Notes: generated by a model from the letters alone, not told the origin. A DNA stretch of 64,000 nt from Amoebidium appalachense (GCA_963693365.1 CAVNZM010000009.1:4966245-5030244), one strand, 5' to 3'; positions 1 through 11,070 are shown, counted from the stretch's first letter. Numbers and translations: made by a program.

Positions 1-793
1 CGTCCTTGAGCTTGTTGAACTGGATCTCCTTCTGCTGCAGCGCGGCCACGCGGGCGTTGAGGTGGCGGATGTGCTCGACGTAGCGCTCGCACTCGGGGTT
101 GCTGCGCTTCATCTTCTCCAGTTGGTCCTTGAGCAGCTCGTTCTCGCGCTTGGCCGCGTGCAGCTGGCCCTTGTCCTCCACCGTCTCCTTGAGCGACTTG
201 TAGTTGGCCCGCAGCTCCACCAGCTCGCGGTTGTTGGTCTCGGCGTTCCGGATGGACTCGCGTGCCTCGCGCAGGTCCAGCATGATCGCACGGGCGGTGG
301 ACTCGTCCACGCCCTTGCGCTGCAGCGTGCTCTGGTCGCCGATGCCCTGCAGGATGTGCACCAACACGTTGGCAATCTCGCGTGTGAGCGCGCCGTTGCT
401 GCGGTTGGTCCCGTTCAGCTGCTCGCGGAACCGGGACATGTCAATGGGCAACTTCCACACGACCTCCTTCGAGTCCTTGTTTATATTCCCGTCCTTGTCC
501 AAAGTGGGCATGTCCGAAAACGCCAGCTCCACAGCCATTGTAGCAGTGGAGTTGTCACTGGCAAATGATTGCAGGGCAGTTTCGATGGCCGGCGGGAGTT
601 TGTTGTAGATGTCGCCTATCACTTTCTGGTGGCTCGAGATGACGGCGTTGTTTTGGTTCAACAGCTTGGCGATCATATCGGTTACACTCTTGATGTCCTG
701 TGTTTGCACGATGCCACTCGGCCCTCCACCCCCAAACTTCAATTTCGTGAGGATCTCTATAGCCCTGTTAAGATCATCCTGGCTCATGCTCAT
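1..793 (-). CDS. Coiled-coil hypothetical protein (3' part outside window)
   Basis: Manually read open frame MSMSQDDLNRAIEILTK...ELVELRANYKSLKETVEDK...KLKD with no stop before position 1; strong GC3 bias; absent from ORF track. Confidence 0.8.
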   Translation of the reverse strand, partial: MSMSQDDLNRAIEILTKLKFGGGGPSGIVQTQDIKSVTDMIAKLLNQNNAVISSHQKVIGDIYNKLPPAIETALQSFASDNSTATMAVELAFSDMPTLDKDGNINKDSKEVVWKLPIDMSRFREQLNGTNRSNGALTREIANVLVHILQGIGDQSTLQRKGVDESTARAIMLDLREARESIRNAETNNRELVELRANYKSLKETVEDKGQLHAAKRENELLKDQLEKMKRSNPECERYVEHIRHLNARVAALQQKEIQFNKLKD

Positions 794-856
794 TTGCTCT
801 TGCCCCACATAATGCAGCTTTGGCCACACCCCACCGCATTATTCCCTTGGTCAACA

Positions 857-1087
857 ATGTCCGTGCTCGCCAACGTGATGATGTTTGTCTTCTGGGCGCT
901 CGCCGTCGGCTCCATGGCCGGGTTCATGAGCCTGTACAGCGCCATGACGAAGGAGAAGTGCGTCGAGGCCGCCGTGAAGAACAGGTACGAGGCCTCGAAC
1001 ACTGCCGTGATGGTGGCCCTGGTGGTCACCGTGTTTGCGTACCTCATCTACGGCGTGTACGCGTCGGCCTCCTCCGCGCAGGTATAA
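857..1087 (+). CDS. Small two-TM membrane protein
   Basis: MSVLANVMMFVFWALAVG...VMVALVVTVFAYLIYG, two hydrophobic segments; ACAATG start context. Confidence 0.7.
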   Translation: MSVLANVMMFVFWALAVGSMAGFMSLYSAMTKEKCVEAAVKNRYEASNTAVMVALVVTVFAYLIYGVYASASSAQV

Positions 1088-1124
1088 AGGGAGCTCGTCC
1101 GCAATTGTTGCGCCCAGTCTCAGT

Positions 1125-1517
1125 ATGGGTGCCGTCGCCTCGCAGCCCATCGTGTGCGCGCCGGTGCAGACCTTCTTCGTCACCACGGACGCCGACTGCT
1201 CGCCCGTCCTGGTCACCAACCGTCTCATGGGCACGCTGACCGTGGACTCGACCCGCGTGACCGTGTGGGCGTCCACGCGCCCGCTCTACTTTCTGCCCAC
1301 CACGGGCCTCAAGGCCATGCCCCCGGACCAGTACCTGCCGGCGGCCGTGCAGCACGGCTGCGACGCACTGCTGGCGAACCGGCTGGTGCTGGGGGGCGAC
1401 CCCGAGTCGCTGGGGCTCGTGCGCCTGGCCGACATGACGCCGCGCGAGTTCAAGCAGTACCGGCCGATCTTCGTGTCCGGCACCGTCACCACGTCCATCA
1501 CCGTGCCGCAGCTCTAG
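1125..1517 (+). CDS. Hypothetical protein with N-myristoylation motif
   Basis: Starts MGAVAS (MGxxxS); AGGTATAAAGG box ~35 nt upstream. Confidence 0.7.
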   Translation: MGAVASQPIVCAPVQTFFVTTDADCSPVLVTNRLMGTLTVDSTRVTVWASTRPLYFLPTTGLKAMPPDQYLPAAVQHGCDALLANRLVLGGDPESLGLVRLADMTPREFKQYRPIFVSGTVTTSITVPQL

Positions 1518-2172
1518 GCGTCATAGTCTCGCACCACGCCAGGTCCTTGAGGAACAGCCCCATGTTGAAGTACTGCACCAGGCTGTTGAGTCCCGACAGG
1601 AACGGCCGCCGAAACATCGGGTTGCCGGCCATCCCCGGAACTGGGTGGTTCCAGCGCGACTTGAGCGCCACCTCGAACACCTCGTCCGCGAGGAACCACT
1701 GCATGTTGCGCTTCTCCAGGAAGTCGTACTTGACGCGCAGCGTGCCGTCGCGCACCTCTGTCGACCCCGGCAGAGCCAGCTGGCCTGCCGACAGCGCCTG
1801 GCGCGCAGCCCGGAACCGGTGCGGCAGGTGCGGGTCAAATGGGATCTGCACCATATACGTAATAAAGTAGCGGTTCTGACCGGCCGCTCCCGCAAACCTG
1901 AGCACGTACGCCCGGTCCCGCAGGATGCCCTCGAGCATCGGGCGGGGGATCACAGTGTCCAGTGTCTCCTCGTAGAACTCCATGACCGTGGTCTCCTCCA
2001 CGGTCAGGCCCGCCTTGAGCCTCCCGCCAAACACCCCGTACCTCCCGTCACTGTCCTCCTGTCCGAGGAGGAACAGCACGCGACGGTCGTGCACGGCGTA
2101 GGGTAGTACGCCGGCGCCGATGATGCGACAGTCATCGTCGTGGTAGGGGATGCACATGTCTAGGACCTTCAT
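1498..2172 (-). CDS. Nudix hydrolase (NCLDV decapping-enzyme-like)
   Basis: GAGVLPY...FLLGQE...FGGRLKAGLTVEETTVMEFYEET Nudix box. Confidence 0.85.
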   Translation of the reverse strand: MKVLDMCIPYHDDDCRIIGAGVLPYAVHDRRVLFLLGQEDSDGRYGVFGGRLKAGLTVEETTVMEFYEETLDTVIPRPMLEGILRDRAYVLRFAGAAGQNRYFITYMVQIPFDPHLPHRFRAARQALSAGQLALPGSTEVRDGTLRVKYDFLEKRNMQWFLADEVFEVALKSRWNHPVPGMAGNPMFRRPFLSGLNSLVQYFNMGLFLKDLAWCETMTPRAAAR

Positions 2173-2592
2173 CAAGTGGAGGGGAGATAATCTGGGGTGG
2201 GGTCGGTGCCAAACTCACGGGTCAAACGGATTCACCCGCTATTCGATCTGATTGGTCGAAAACGGCCAAGATCGATCGAGCCCGGGATTTCACACTCTGA
2301 CCAATCAGAGCGCGCAGAAATTCAAAGCCAGTGCTCCGATGTTTCAGCCAATCAGAGCGCCCCACATTAGATCACGAGACCCAGCCAGTCTGTTTCAACT
2401 CATTCGCAAATATCTTTATTTATTTTGAGAGTGGCCAGGTGCGCTCCAAATAAAGAAAATGCAATGCAATCCCGTTGCACCAAACTTGCATCCCGGGCCC
2501 CGAATTTTACACACCTGGCCAGCCAGATGATACAAAACACACCCGAACCCGCCATCCCCACAGCAGCCCTGCCAATTGTTGGGGATGACAGG

Positions 2593-3486
2593 CTACCCCA
2601 GCACGTGCTTCTCCAGGAAGCGCACGGGGTACACCTTGACCGGGCGCAGGTCCCCCTGCACCATCTTCAACGTCTCCTCGGGCTCGCAGCCCTCCTGCTC
2701 GCGCCACGTGCGTGCGAGCATCCGGCCGACCGTGCTGCTGGACCTGTCGGTGATGCCTCGGTCGACGAGGAACTTGGCCACGGTCACGTACCCGCCGATC
2801 GCAGACTCCTCCATGGCCGTGCTAGTTCGGGTAGGGACAAGGATGTTGGCAAGGGTGTCGTTGAGCAGCATGCGCATGCGTGGGTCCCTATCGAGGCCAA
2901 AGTCTTCCAGCAGGCCACGGTACATGGTGATATTTTCCATCTCCAGGCGCCTGACCTCCGCCTCCTCCCGGCGCAGACGCAGCCGACGCTCCTCCTCCAG
3001 CTCCTCGCGGCGCCGCTTGCGGTCGGGGGTCTCGTCGGTGCCGTTGCGGAAGAACTCACGCTCCTCGGGGGTGCTGGCGTCGTAGCGCGCCTCAATCTCG
3101 GGGATGAGGGAGACGTCGCCGGAAAGCAGCCGGGCTATGTAGGTGGCACACGTCCTGCGGAACTCGTGGGCGCGCTTGCCGGGAAGCAGGAAGATGATCT
3201 CGAGGAGGACACGGAAGGGGGCGATTGGGGTGGGCTTTCCAACCCCATTGATCTGGGCGTCCTCAGCCTCGCTGAGGATGTCAACAACACTATGGTCCTT
3301 TGATTTCTTGATCTGTGACCATGCCTCGTACATCGCCGCCTTTCCAATCACCATTGAAATCACATCTAGGACACTTGCCATGTTCTTGTCTCTGTCAATG
3401 CGCATAGTGCAACCTTTGAACTGCGGGAACTCCCTCCAAAGGTCCTGAAGCCACATGTCGCCTTTTTTGTTCTGCTCGCCAGCCAT
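2593..3486 (-). CDS. Bro-N/KilA-like DNA-binding protein with antirepressor-like C-terminus
   Basis: SVLDVI...GKPTPIA...LLPGKRAHEFRR...LLSGDVSLIPEI; coiled coil; C-terminal GRMLARTWREQEGCEP...RPVKVYP. Confidence 0.7.
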   Translation of the reverse strand: MAGEQNKKGDMWLQDLWREFPQFKGCTMRIDRDKNMASVLDVISMVIGKAAMYEAWSQIKKSKDHSVVDILSEAEDAQINGVGKPTPIAPFRVLLEIIFLLPGKRAHEFRRTCATYIARLLSGDVSLIPEIEARYDASTPEEREFFRNGTDETPDRKRRREELEEERRLRLRREEAEVRRLEMENITMYRGLLEDFGLDRDPRMRMLLNDTLANILVPTRTSTAMEESAIGGYVTVAKFLVDRGITDRSSSTVGRMLARTWREQEGCEPEETLKMVQGDLRPVKVYPVRFLEKHVLG

Positions 3487-3678
3487 GCTGTGTCCGACTG
3501 GCCTCCTCTGCCGGGCGCTGCTCTTTTATACCTTCAGACCAGGAGAACGGGAGCCCCGACGCTCGGCACGGTTGGTGTCGGCCTCCCAGGCTGCCAGCCG
3601 CTTGTCATACAGTAAACTGCATCAACACGGAAAGTGCGCCGGACGTGCACATGTAGCAATCTTTTTGGGGTCCCGGGT

Positions 3679-5820
3679 ATGGCGAATATTCTGGAGGATC
3701 TGGACTTGGTGGAAAACATGGAGGACGAGGACACGGACAGCATGGAGGACGAGGGCACGGACAGCATGGAGGACGAGGACGCGGATCCCTTCTCAGATGC
3801 GTATTTTGAATTCCTGGAAGCTGCAGGGGTTGTTGAGACTGGCACGACGGTCGACGACTGGTTCTGCGCCGACCCGGCAGACATAAGTGCGCTCCGGACA
3901 GGTAGAAACTGGTGGCCGAACAAGCGCGCGGTTCAGGAGGCCGTGGACAACGGCACGGTGCAGCGGGCGATTGAGCGCCTGCAACAGCAGGGCCTGGAAA
4001 TGCCCGAAGGACGGGGGATGGAAGACCTAATAATTGAAACGCTGGTGTTCATGCGCGTGGCCCGCCAGGCACTCTCCGAGTCTGGGATGGTGCGAAAGGT
4101 GTCAACCTTGTGGGGCGGGGAGCCTGAGAACCGCGACCCCTACATACGCGAAAATCTGGAAGATCTGGTGAGCCCCGCCGTGCGCGAAGAGGTAAAGGCG
4201 GCCAAGCGCAATGGGGACGAGAATGCCATTCAAAATATTATGGATGATCCGGAAATCCGCGCCCAGATCACAGACGCGCTGTGGTGCAGGGCTGCTCGCA
4301 GGGCCAATCGTCTCAAGCGCCTGGAAACAGCTCTGTACATGTCCGAGGGGCTCACCAAGAGAGAGTACATATTCAGGTACGCAGATGAGTTGTTTCCCTC
4401 GTACGCCGCGGCACGGATACGTAATATACCAATGGGTGATAACGAAGCATGGGAAAGGGCCGTCGAAACTGAAATGCTAGACGAAGCTGTGGTGGAGGAA
4501 GTCCGGAAGAAACTTATGAAACGCGCCACCAGTATTGGCGGCAAATATGTCGGAATCTTCCAGTTGGCTCTCAACGAGATGATAGCAAGCCACGGTGGCG
4601 TCGTTCCAAACATGCAACAACGTCCCCACAATGGCGATGTCGAAATGGCTGTAGAACCCGAAGCCCCGGATTCGGATTCGATGCCCCAGGCTCCATCTGG
4701 TAGCACTGCACCGGTGTCCGGGTCTGCCATGGATCTTTCGCACGCGGAGGGCGATGAAGATGATGCGAACATTTTCGAATGGACCGCACAAGGCCTTGTC
4801 AAACTATTCGCTACGTTGACCGCTGACTCTCCGCACCAGGCGAATCGGCTTTGTTATGAGCACAAGTGGGAGCTTGTTGACAAGTTTGAGTTGTTCGCGC
4901 GCGGTGCGCTCGAGATCGCCAGACGACGTCAAATGAAAGAAGATTTGGGCAAAATGCTGAAGGCAGATTTGGACGCAGAAGAGGCAGACGCTAAAGACGA
5001 AGAGGACGAGGAGGACCGCGCGTTTGTGGTCCCTGATGACGACCCGGAGGTGCAGCCACCAGACAACAATGCACCCGACACCCTTTCCGACGAGCTCCGC
5101 GACCTGAGGGCTGCGGTACAGATTGCACAACCCGAGACCAGGATCGAAGCCGTGAGGCAGGTTCTTGACTGGCTGGCGAGACAGCCGAACGGGGTGTACC
5201 ACCCACCGCCGCCACGGATGCTGTTCCACAGGTTGCCGTCTCCATTGGACCTGTCAGACTGGCTCACCCGGACGATTTCTCCCATGGATGAAGAGGACAT
5301 GAGGATCCCAGAAGGGGTTTACAACGCGCTGCAGAAGTGGATCAGGTACACGAAAATTAGACGCCTAGAAGCCCTGCGCGCAAATTTCAGACCGGCCCCG
5401 TCGACCGCGGAGTTAGAGGCATACGTAGAGAGAATGTACAGGGCGATCAACGGCTTGCTCCCGGATCGCTTCCACAACCACACTAATGATTGGACGGGAC
5501 GGTTTGATGCCTACCCCAGCGAAACAGCAGCCATCATGCTCCTTTCTGGGGCAGAACCCCGGGGGGATCCATTGGCGGCGGCAGACGGCGACCCCATATT
5601 TGCGAGGATGCTCATCATCGCCGCAGGGGTCCAGGGATTGCACGATGCAGGGGTTTTTCAGTTTACAGGTGTGGAGTCGCCGGTTAGACCGGTGGTTGAA
5701 GACTTGCCATTAGGACCGGCTGGCAATACCCGGTGGACGCGGTCTGGAACAACGCATGCCCTGAGGACCACCAAAAGGCAAAGGAGACAGCTCAGGCATT
5801 ACAGGCCACCCGGGCAGTAA
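3679..5820 (+). CDS. Large acidic hypothetical protein
   Basis: ~713-aa intronless ORF, N-terminal DSMEDE repeats; no family recognised. Confidence 0.75.
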   Translation: MANILEDLDLVENMEDEDTDSMEDEGTDSMEDEDADPFSDAYFEFLEAAGVVETGTTVDDWFCADPADISALRTGRNWWPNKRAVQEAVDNGTVQRAIERLQQQGLEMPEGRGMEDLIIETLVFMRVARQALSESGMVRKVSTLWGGEPENRDPYIRENLEDLVSPAVREEVKAAKRNGDENAIQNIMDDPEIRAQITDALWCRAARRANRLKRLETALYMSEGLTKREYIFRYADELFPSYAAARIRNIPMGDNEAWERAVETEMLDEAVVEEVRKKLMKRATSIGGKYVGIFQLALNEMIASHGGVVPNMQQRPHNGDVEMAVEPEAPDSDSMPQAPSGSTAPVSGSAMDLSHAEGDEDDANIFEWTAQGLVKLFATLTADSPHQANRLCYEHKWELVDKFELFARGALEIARRRQMKEDLGKMLKADLDAEEADAKDEEDEEDRAFVVPDDDPEVQPPDNNAPDTLSDELRDLRAAVQIAQPETRIEAVRQVLDWLARQPNGVYHPPPPRMLFHRLPSPLDLSDWLTRTISPMDEEDMRIPEGVYNALQKWIRYTKIRRLEALRANFRPAPSTAELEAYVERMYRAINGLLPDRFHNHTNDWTGRFDAYPSETAAIMLLSGAEPRGDPLAAADGDPIFARMLIIAAGVQGLHDAGVFQFTGVESPVRPVVEDLPLGPAGNTRWTRSGTTHALRTTKRQRRQLRHYRPPGQ

Positions 5821-5871
5821 ACAAGCGAACACAGTCGAAGCCACCAAAGTTTTGGGGTGTTGAATCTATAG

Positions 5872-7380
5872 ATGGCACACGGGCGAGGGAATGATGTAGT
5901 GGAAAGATTTCCCGTGAAGCCGCGCTGCTTTTTCAGGTTCGTAAAGAAAAATGCAGAACATTTTGTGGAAGAAACGCCGGTCTTCCCCAGCACTCAGACG
6001 TACGCATGGACACCGGAAAACGGTTGCCTCTCCCTCTCCCTGGAAAGCACAGAACCCGACACGATCCCGGTGTATCTTGCCTGTGTTAAACGTCTCCGGT
6101 TCGATGCGCAACAGGATGGCTACTCCGTGAATATCGAATTCGAGTACCAAGATAGTCCTGGGATACACACCTTCGACACAACTTACGATTCGGTTCGAAA
6201 CTTCATGTTGGACAAGAGGGGCAATGCTTTCAAGGAGATCATGGTGAAGCACGCCCCATACCAGATCGAGGAGTACAAAAAGAGTACCATCCCTGGGAAC
6301 CCAACACCCCCATATTTGCAGGAGGATTCGGTAGCAGACTTCTTGTTTGACAAACTGTACCGCGGGGCCCAACAAATTTCGGGGTCCATAAAAGATTTGA
6401 TAGGGGTGGGGTCTGTGTGGACTTCGCCTGCAGTAGAGGGGAGAACCAATACTATAGTAATGCTACAGACATATCTTCCGAAGTCCACAATTTTCGCCCC
6501 CGGAGAATTGCTCCGTACACAACCCAACAACGAGTCAATGACTGTCCAGCAATCGTTTAGGAATCAACTCAGGAACGATGGCTTCATGACCACCATATCG
6601 ATGCCTAAATGGAAGTTCTTTTTTAGGAACGAACTCGCGACAATCTTGTTCCAATGGCTGACTGACCCCCAACGGGTGCCCTACTTTATTATATACACCG
6701 GTGAAGTGCACCATGCTTCTGTCATCATACTCGTTTCAGGTGACAAGTCGAGTATAGTTCTGGAGTTCTTCAATGTCCATGCCCCGAGTAGCACGTTGAC
6801 AAAAGCCCTTGTCTCATTCATGAGAAGCGCTGATCCCACAGGCAAGCTGAAAGACATACTTCGATCCTTCAAACCCGAAAGGGTTTGCACTGATTTGCAA
6901 AATCTTCATGGAAAAAGGACATTGTACGACGAATTGTTTGACAGAGACGAGGTGGTCGATGGGGCCTGTGCGTCTTGGTTGAGTATTTATATACTGCTGC
7001 GGACTTCACAAGCCGACTGGTCGTCCATACCGGGTGCGGATGGGCACACCATAGGCGAGCGGATCTGCAACTTCATCAAGACGAAAATCGCAAGGGATGG
7101 GGGATTCCAAGCGGTCTATAAGGTCGGGGGAACGATCGCGATGTACGGAAAGCGCCTCATCGAACTCTACGGGGCTAAGATGTATCAAACTGCGGATTGG
7201 TGGGCGCAAGACGGCGTCAATCAACAGGAGCGTTACCGAGAGGTCGTGGACATGGTGCTTTCCAAGAAAGTTCTCGTATTGACCGATGCCGAGCTTAAGG
7301 ATGCAGGACTGCCAACACGCAAGGACGGCGAGCAACTTGTGAACGAGGTCCGAGAACAAGCGGCGCGCCTCCTCCCCTGA
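5872..7380 (+). CDS. Putative CE-clan-like cysteine protease, paralog A
   Basis: HASVIIL...LEFFN...LQ...GACASWLSIYILLR (His-Asn-Gln-Cys order); paralog of 15691-17202. Confidence 0.6.
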   Translation: MAHGRGNDVVERFPVKPRCFFRFVKKNAEHFVEETPVFPSTQTYAWTPENGCLSLSLESTEPDTIPVYLACVKRLRFDAQQDGYSVNIEFEYQDSPGIHTFDTTYDSVRNFMLDKRGNAFKEIMVKHAPYQIEEYKKSTIPGNPTPPYLQEDSVADFLFDKLYRGAQQISGSIKDLIGVGSVWTSPAVEGRTNTIVMLQTYLPKSTIFAPGELLRTQPNNESMTVQQSFRNQLRNDGFMTTISMPKWKFFFRNELATILFQWLTDPQRVPYFIIYTGEVHHASVIILVSGDKSSIVLEFFNVHAPSSTLTKALVSFMRSADPTGKLKDILRSFKPERVCTDLQNLHGKRTLYDELFDRDEVVDGACASWLSIYILLRTSQADWSSIPGADGHTIGERICNFIKTKIARDGGFQAVYKVGGTIAMYGKRLIELYGAKMYQTADWWAQDGVNQQERYREVVDMVLSKKVLVLTDAELKDAGLPTRKDGEQLVNEVREQAARLLP

Positions 7381-7422
7381 GGGCATCAAAAGGTCAAGAA
7401 TTGAGGTGGATTGATCCCTGCC

Positions 7423-7788
7423 TCAGCGGAGGACCTCCCTTCTCAGCGCAGCGGCCAGCCGCGCGAGCCAGGCGGTGCGGTCGTCGCCCAGGCGTGTGGC
7501 AAAGTCGGCATAGGACATCTGTGCCGAGAACCATTGACCCTTCTCCTCGTTCCAGTAGCGCAGGCCGTTGACATTGGAAACTTCCATGCGCGGGCACCGG
7601 CCGCATTCGCCAAAACGGGCTGTGTCGGCCTCCCAGCCCGCGGCCAGGCGCTTGTCGTAAAGCAGGGCGGCACAGGCGGGTGCGTCGCAGGGCGGGTCAC
7701 GACCGAACACCGTGCGCACCGCATCTCGCAGCGCAAGCGCAAGCAGGGTGGTCACGCAGAGGGCCATGAGCAGGAGTACCAGCTGCAT
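7423..7788 (-). CDS. Small membrane-anchored or secreted Cys-containing protein
   Basis: Hydrophobic N-terminus MQLVLLLMALCVTTLLALAL, four further Cys. Confidence 0.65.
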   Translation of the reverse strand: MQLVLLLMALCVTTLLALALRDAVRTVFGRDPPCDAPACAALLYDKRLAAGWEADTARFGECGRCPRMEVSNVNGLRYWNEEKGQWFSAQMSYADFATRLGDDRTAWLARLAAALRREVLR

Positions 7789-7836
7789 TGTTACGTCACG
7801 GGCGCATTTTGTGCCGGCTTAATCTTCCTGTAGTGC

Positions 7837-8424
7837 ATGCACATCACGCACGGCGACCGCTTCGTCAGCCGCAACCTCGCGCTGCTCAGCTGCCCGGTGG
7901 AGTGGCCCGAGGACCTGGCCAACACGAGGCACACGGGCATGGGCCTGCGGTGGCGGCGTGACGGCGACAAGGTCACCGCCATGCTCGGTGAGACACGCAT
8001 GTACTGGAGGGCGCTGCCCGAGGCCAACGTCGTCACGTTCACCGATGACCCGGCTCAGGCGAGCTCTTTTGGGTTCAGCGACTGCCCGCTCCCGCAGCCC
8101 AACCACGTTCCCGACACGGGTCTGGCGGGCGTGCGGGTGCGTCTGCACGACAAAGACCTGCCGGCTCTCCCCCCACCTAGCGCACCGCCCCAGGGCCGCG
8201 TGGAGCTCGGCGTGGCCTTCTCCATCGGCGTGCTCGGCGTGGGGCCCCTTCCCATGCCCTCGTGGTTTGTGTCCTCGGTCGCAGACACGAGCCCCACCAT
8301 GCAGTATGGGTTCCGCGGCGTCAACCTTGCGCTGTGCCTGCTGCACGTGTGGCGCCTGCGCGTGTGCGTGGACCTGTTCCCGTTCCCGGGCCTGACGCTT
8401 TTTCTGGCGCTGCTCGAGCTCTGA
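7837..8424 (+). CDS. Hypothetical protein
   Basis: 195-aa ORF with GC3 bias filling the gap between neighbours. Confidence 0.6.
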   Translation: MHITHGDRFVSRNLALLSCPVEWPEDLANTRHTGMGLRWRRDGDKVTAMLGETRMYWRALPEANVVTFTDDPAQASSFGFSDCPLPQPNHVPDTGLAGVRVRLHDKDLPALPPPSAPPQGRVELGVAFSIGVLGVGPLPMPSWFVSSVADTSPTMQYGFRGVNLALCLLHVWRLRVCVDLFPFPGLTLFLALLEL

Positions 8425-8444
8425 TATTTTGTAGCCATCTATCA

Positions 8445-8837
8445 ATGCGTGCGCTGCTCCTGTGTCCCCCCCTGCTTGCACTGGTCCTTGCGGCCCCCGA
8501 GTGCCTGGTGTTTGCGAGCTCGGCCACTCTCGCGGCAACCACCGCGCACGTGCCCAGCCCCACTGCCGAAACAAAGACATGGTGGGCGACCCTGACGCAC
8601 GTGGAGACCGTTGCAGCCACCACCACAGCCGCCGCCTCGATTCAAACCATCGAAACCACCTCGGCCTCCGAAACGTCCTCCGACACGGACACCGACGTAT
8701 TTGAGATCCCCACCTCCATCACTGAAGGCGACCCAACCGACGAACCCATGCCCACGATGCCCGTGGACCCGCCCGCACCGCCCGCCGGGGTAAACTCGTC
8801 CGACTGGGAGTGCCGGTGCACGCTCATCAGACGTTAA
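8445..8837 (+). CDS. Secreted Thr/Pro-rich (mucin-like) protein
   Basis: Signal-like MRALLLCPPLLALVLA, T/S/P-rich body, C-terminal WECRC. Confidence 0.65.
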   Translation: MRALLLCPPLLALVLAAPECLVFASSATLAATTAHVPSPTAETKTWWATLTHVETVAATTTAAASIQTIETTSASETSSDTDTDVFEIPTSITEGDPTDEPMPTMPVDPPAPPAGVNSSDWECRCTLIRR

Positions 8838-8916
8838 TCATTTCTCGGAAAACCAGAGTTGGCCTGTCGATTCTTTGTTTTGTGCAGCCACACCAGTTTT
8901 AATTTGCGCAAGAGGA

Positions 8917-9387
8917 ATGGACGTCTCAAATGCGATTGGCTTAATCATTCTAATGCTTACTCTTGGTGTGTTGATATGGGCATACTCCAAGTACGAACCC
9001 AAACCCGACCCTGGCAAAAACGACAGTACCCCTGCAGTCAAACGGACACAGTGGTATGCCTTCGACCAAAAGGGGGACCACAGCACGGACAACACGTTTA
9101 ACGACTGGCAAGACCCGGTGAACTATGGATACACGTCGGCCAGCCAGTGCATTAACCGATGCCAATCTATGAGCGGATGCCAACAGGTGGGCTTTTCCCC
9201 ATGGCAGGATATGGACGGGAAGCAGCCAAAAGGCTATTGCTACATGAGGAAAGCCGTCAAAGAATGGCCGTTGGATGAGTGGTCAAACAAGTCCGGTGTG
9301 GCTGCCTCGGACTCGCAGGTCACGTATGTGATGGCCGCAGAAGTGCCGGAGAGCATGAAGCAATATGGCAAGCTGGTTGAGTTCTAG
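8917..9387 (+). CDS. Membrane-anchored protein with PAN/apple-like Cys module
   Basis: N-terminal TM; SQCINRCQSMSGCQQVGF...CYMR pattern. Confidence 0.65.
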   Translation: MDVSNAIGLIILMLTLGVLIWAYSKYEPKPDPGKNDSTPAVKRTQWYAFDQKGDHSTDNTFNDWQDPVNYGYTSASQCINRCQSMSGCQQVGFSPWQDMDGKQPKGYCYMRKAVKEWPLDEWSNKSGVAASDSQVTYVMAAEVPESMKQYGKLVEF

Positions 9388-9434
9388 CATAAATCAGACG
9401 AACTTGGTCTTCTTTTTTATTGTGCCCCAATGTA

Positions 9435-10794
9435 ATGTCGCATGCGCGCTCCCGCATCCTTGACGACATGGCGTCCCACATCGATTTCTCGGCGGCAGTG
9501 GCGCGCCGGGCAGCGTTCCCGCACGGGCCGGCCCTGCCCTCGGCCCCCCGCAGCGTGTCGGTGCCGAGCGAGGCGCCCCCGCGTGTCGAGCCCCCGCAGC
9601 CGCCGCAGGGCCAGTGGCGCTACCACTTCGTGACGGGCGGGTCCGAGTGCCGTCCGCTGCAGGTGGAGTTTCCCGCCACCCGGTCCGTGCACGGCATCCG
9701 TGTCGAGGGCTTCAAGGCGCACAGCGTGTACGACGTGTGCGAGGGCGCCAACAGGCTGACGCTGTCGCTGTCGTACCTGGACTCGCCCGACGGCCGGCCC
9801 CCGGGCATGTGGGTGAAGGCGTCCACCGACGTGTACCTGCCTGTGGGCAACTACACCCTGGACACCCTGTGCGCCGAGCTCGAGATGCGGCTGGACGCCG
9901 CCATCGCCGGATGCTTCAACCCCAGCTACAGCCCCGAGGAGGTGGCGGACATTTTGGAGATGTACCCGGACACGCTGCCCTACTACGCCAGCGTCACACA
10001 CACGGAGCGGTTGCGCCGGGACGCCGAGCGCAACGGCGAGGCGTGGACCAGGCACCAGGACTTTGTGTGCAAGACGCGGTGGGCGCCCCGCCAGCAGGGC
10101 CCGCGCGACGAGATCGCCTTCGAGGCGCTGATGCTCGCGCAGCTGTACTACAGGGAGAACGCATGGGCGTGGCGCGAGCTGGCCAACGAGCGTGACGCCC
10201 ACGGGCGCATCCAGTGGCCGTTCCACAACACGCTGTACAACCTCATGACGCCCTCGAAGCTCGCGCTGCCCGGGCGACTGGTCATCAGCATCCACCACCG
10301 CAAGAACATGGACCCGGACACCATGAAGCACTGGCTGCCGTATGCGTCGGTGCCGACGTTCTCGCTTGACGTGTGCCGGGGGCTCGGGAACGTGCTGGGA
10401 ATGGCGGCCGGCGCGCACGTCAGCCACAGCCTGACGGCAGGCCTGCCGCCGCTGGCACGCTATTTTGACGGAAGGGACCATGCGCCTGTGGAGGAGGGCG
10501 ACCAGCAGCTGCCGTGCCAGGGCGACAACATCCAGTGCGTGTTTGGGACGGACGTGCCCCTTGGCCCACGGGGGGCGCTCATGGTGCATGTGCTTCAGGG
10601 CGAGACGAACCTGCAGGGGCGCATCATGGCGCCGGGGGTGCAGGGGGCGGCGGGCGGGGGCGGTGGACGACATGCAGGCGAGCCCGCAGATCCTGGGGAC
10701 GCTGGAGCACGTCGACACGCTGCGGCTGGTGGTGGTGGACGAGACGGGGACCCGGGTGACCGGGTGCTTCTCGGCGCTGGTCGCGGTCAAATAA
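9435..10794 (+). CDS. Minor capsid/penton-like protein with a frameshift near 10630-10665
   Basis: YDVCEGANRL...LPVGNYTLDTLCAEL; the next frame supplies HVDTLRLVVVDETGTRV...VK*, with the stop inside AATAAA. Confidence 0.55.
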
Positions 10795-11070
10795 AGGGGA
10801 TGCCGTGTGACTCACATGGACGTTTTTTATTTGGAATGCCCTAGGATGCACAGGACAGGGGTCAATGGTTTTTCTTTCGGTCGTGCCCAGACCCGCCTTG
10901 GGGGACCTCCACCATCTTCTCCTTGGAAACCAGAGAACTAGCTGCACTGAAGATCATCAGTCTAGCTACACTGAAGATCATCAGTCTAGCTTGGTGGACA
11001 CATCTCGCATCAAGTTTCAGGGAAAGATAGAGGTGTTCTGCGAGGCACCTGGGCTATCATAGACCTTGCA

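Noticed and set aside
9417-10790. Long antisense ORFs (also 2425-3303, 12660-13349, 17917-18729)
   Set aside because: Shadows of GC3-rich genes on the opposite strand
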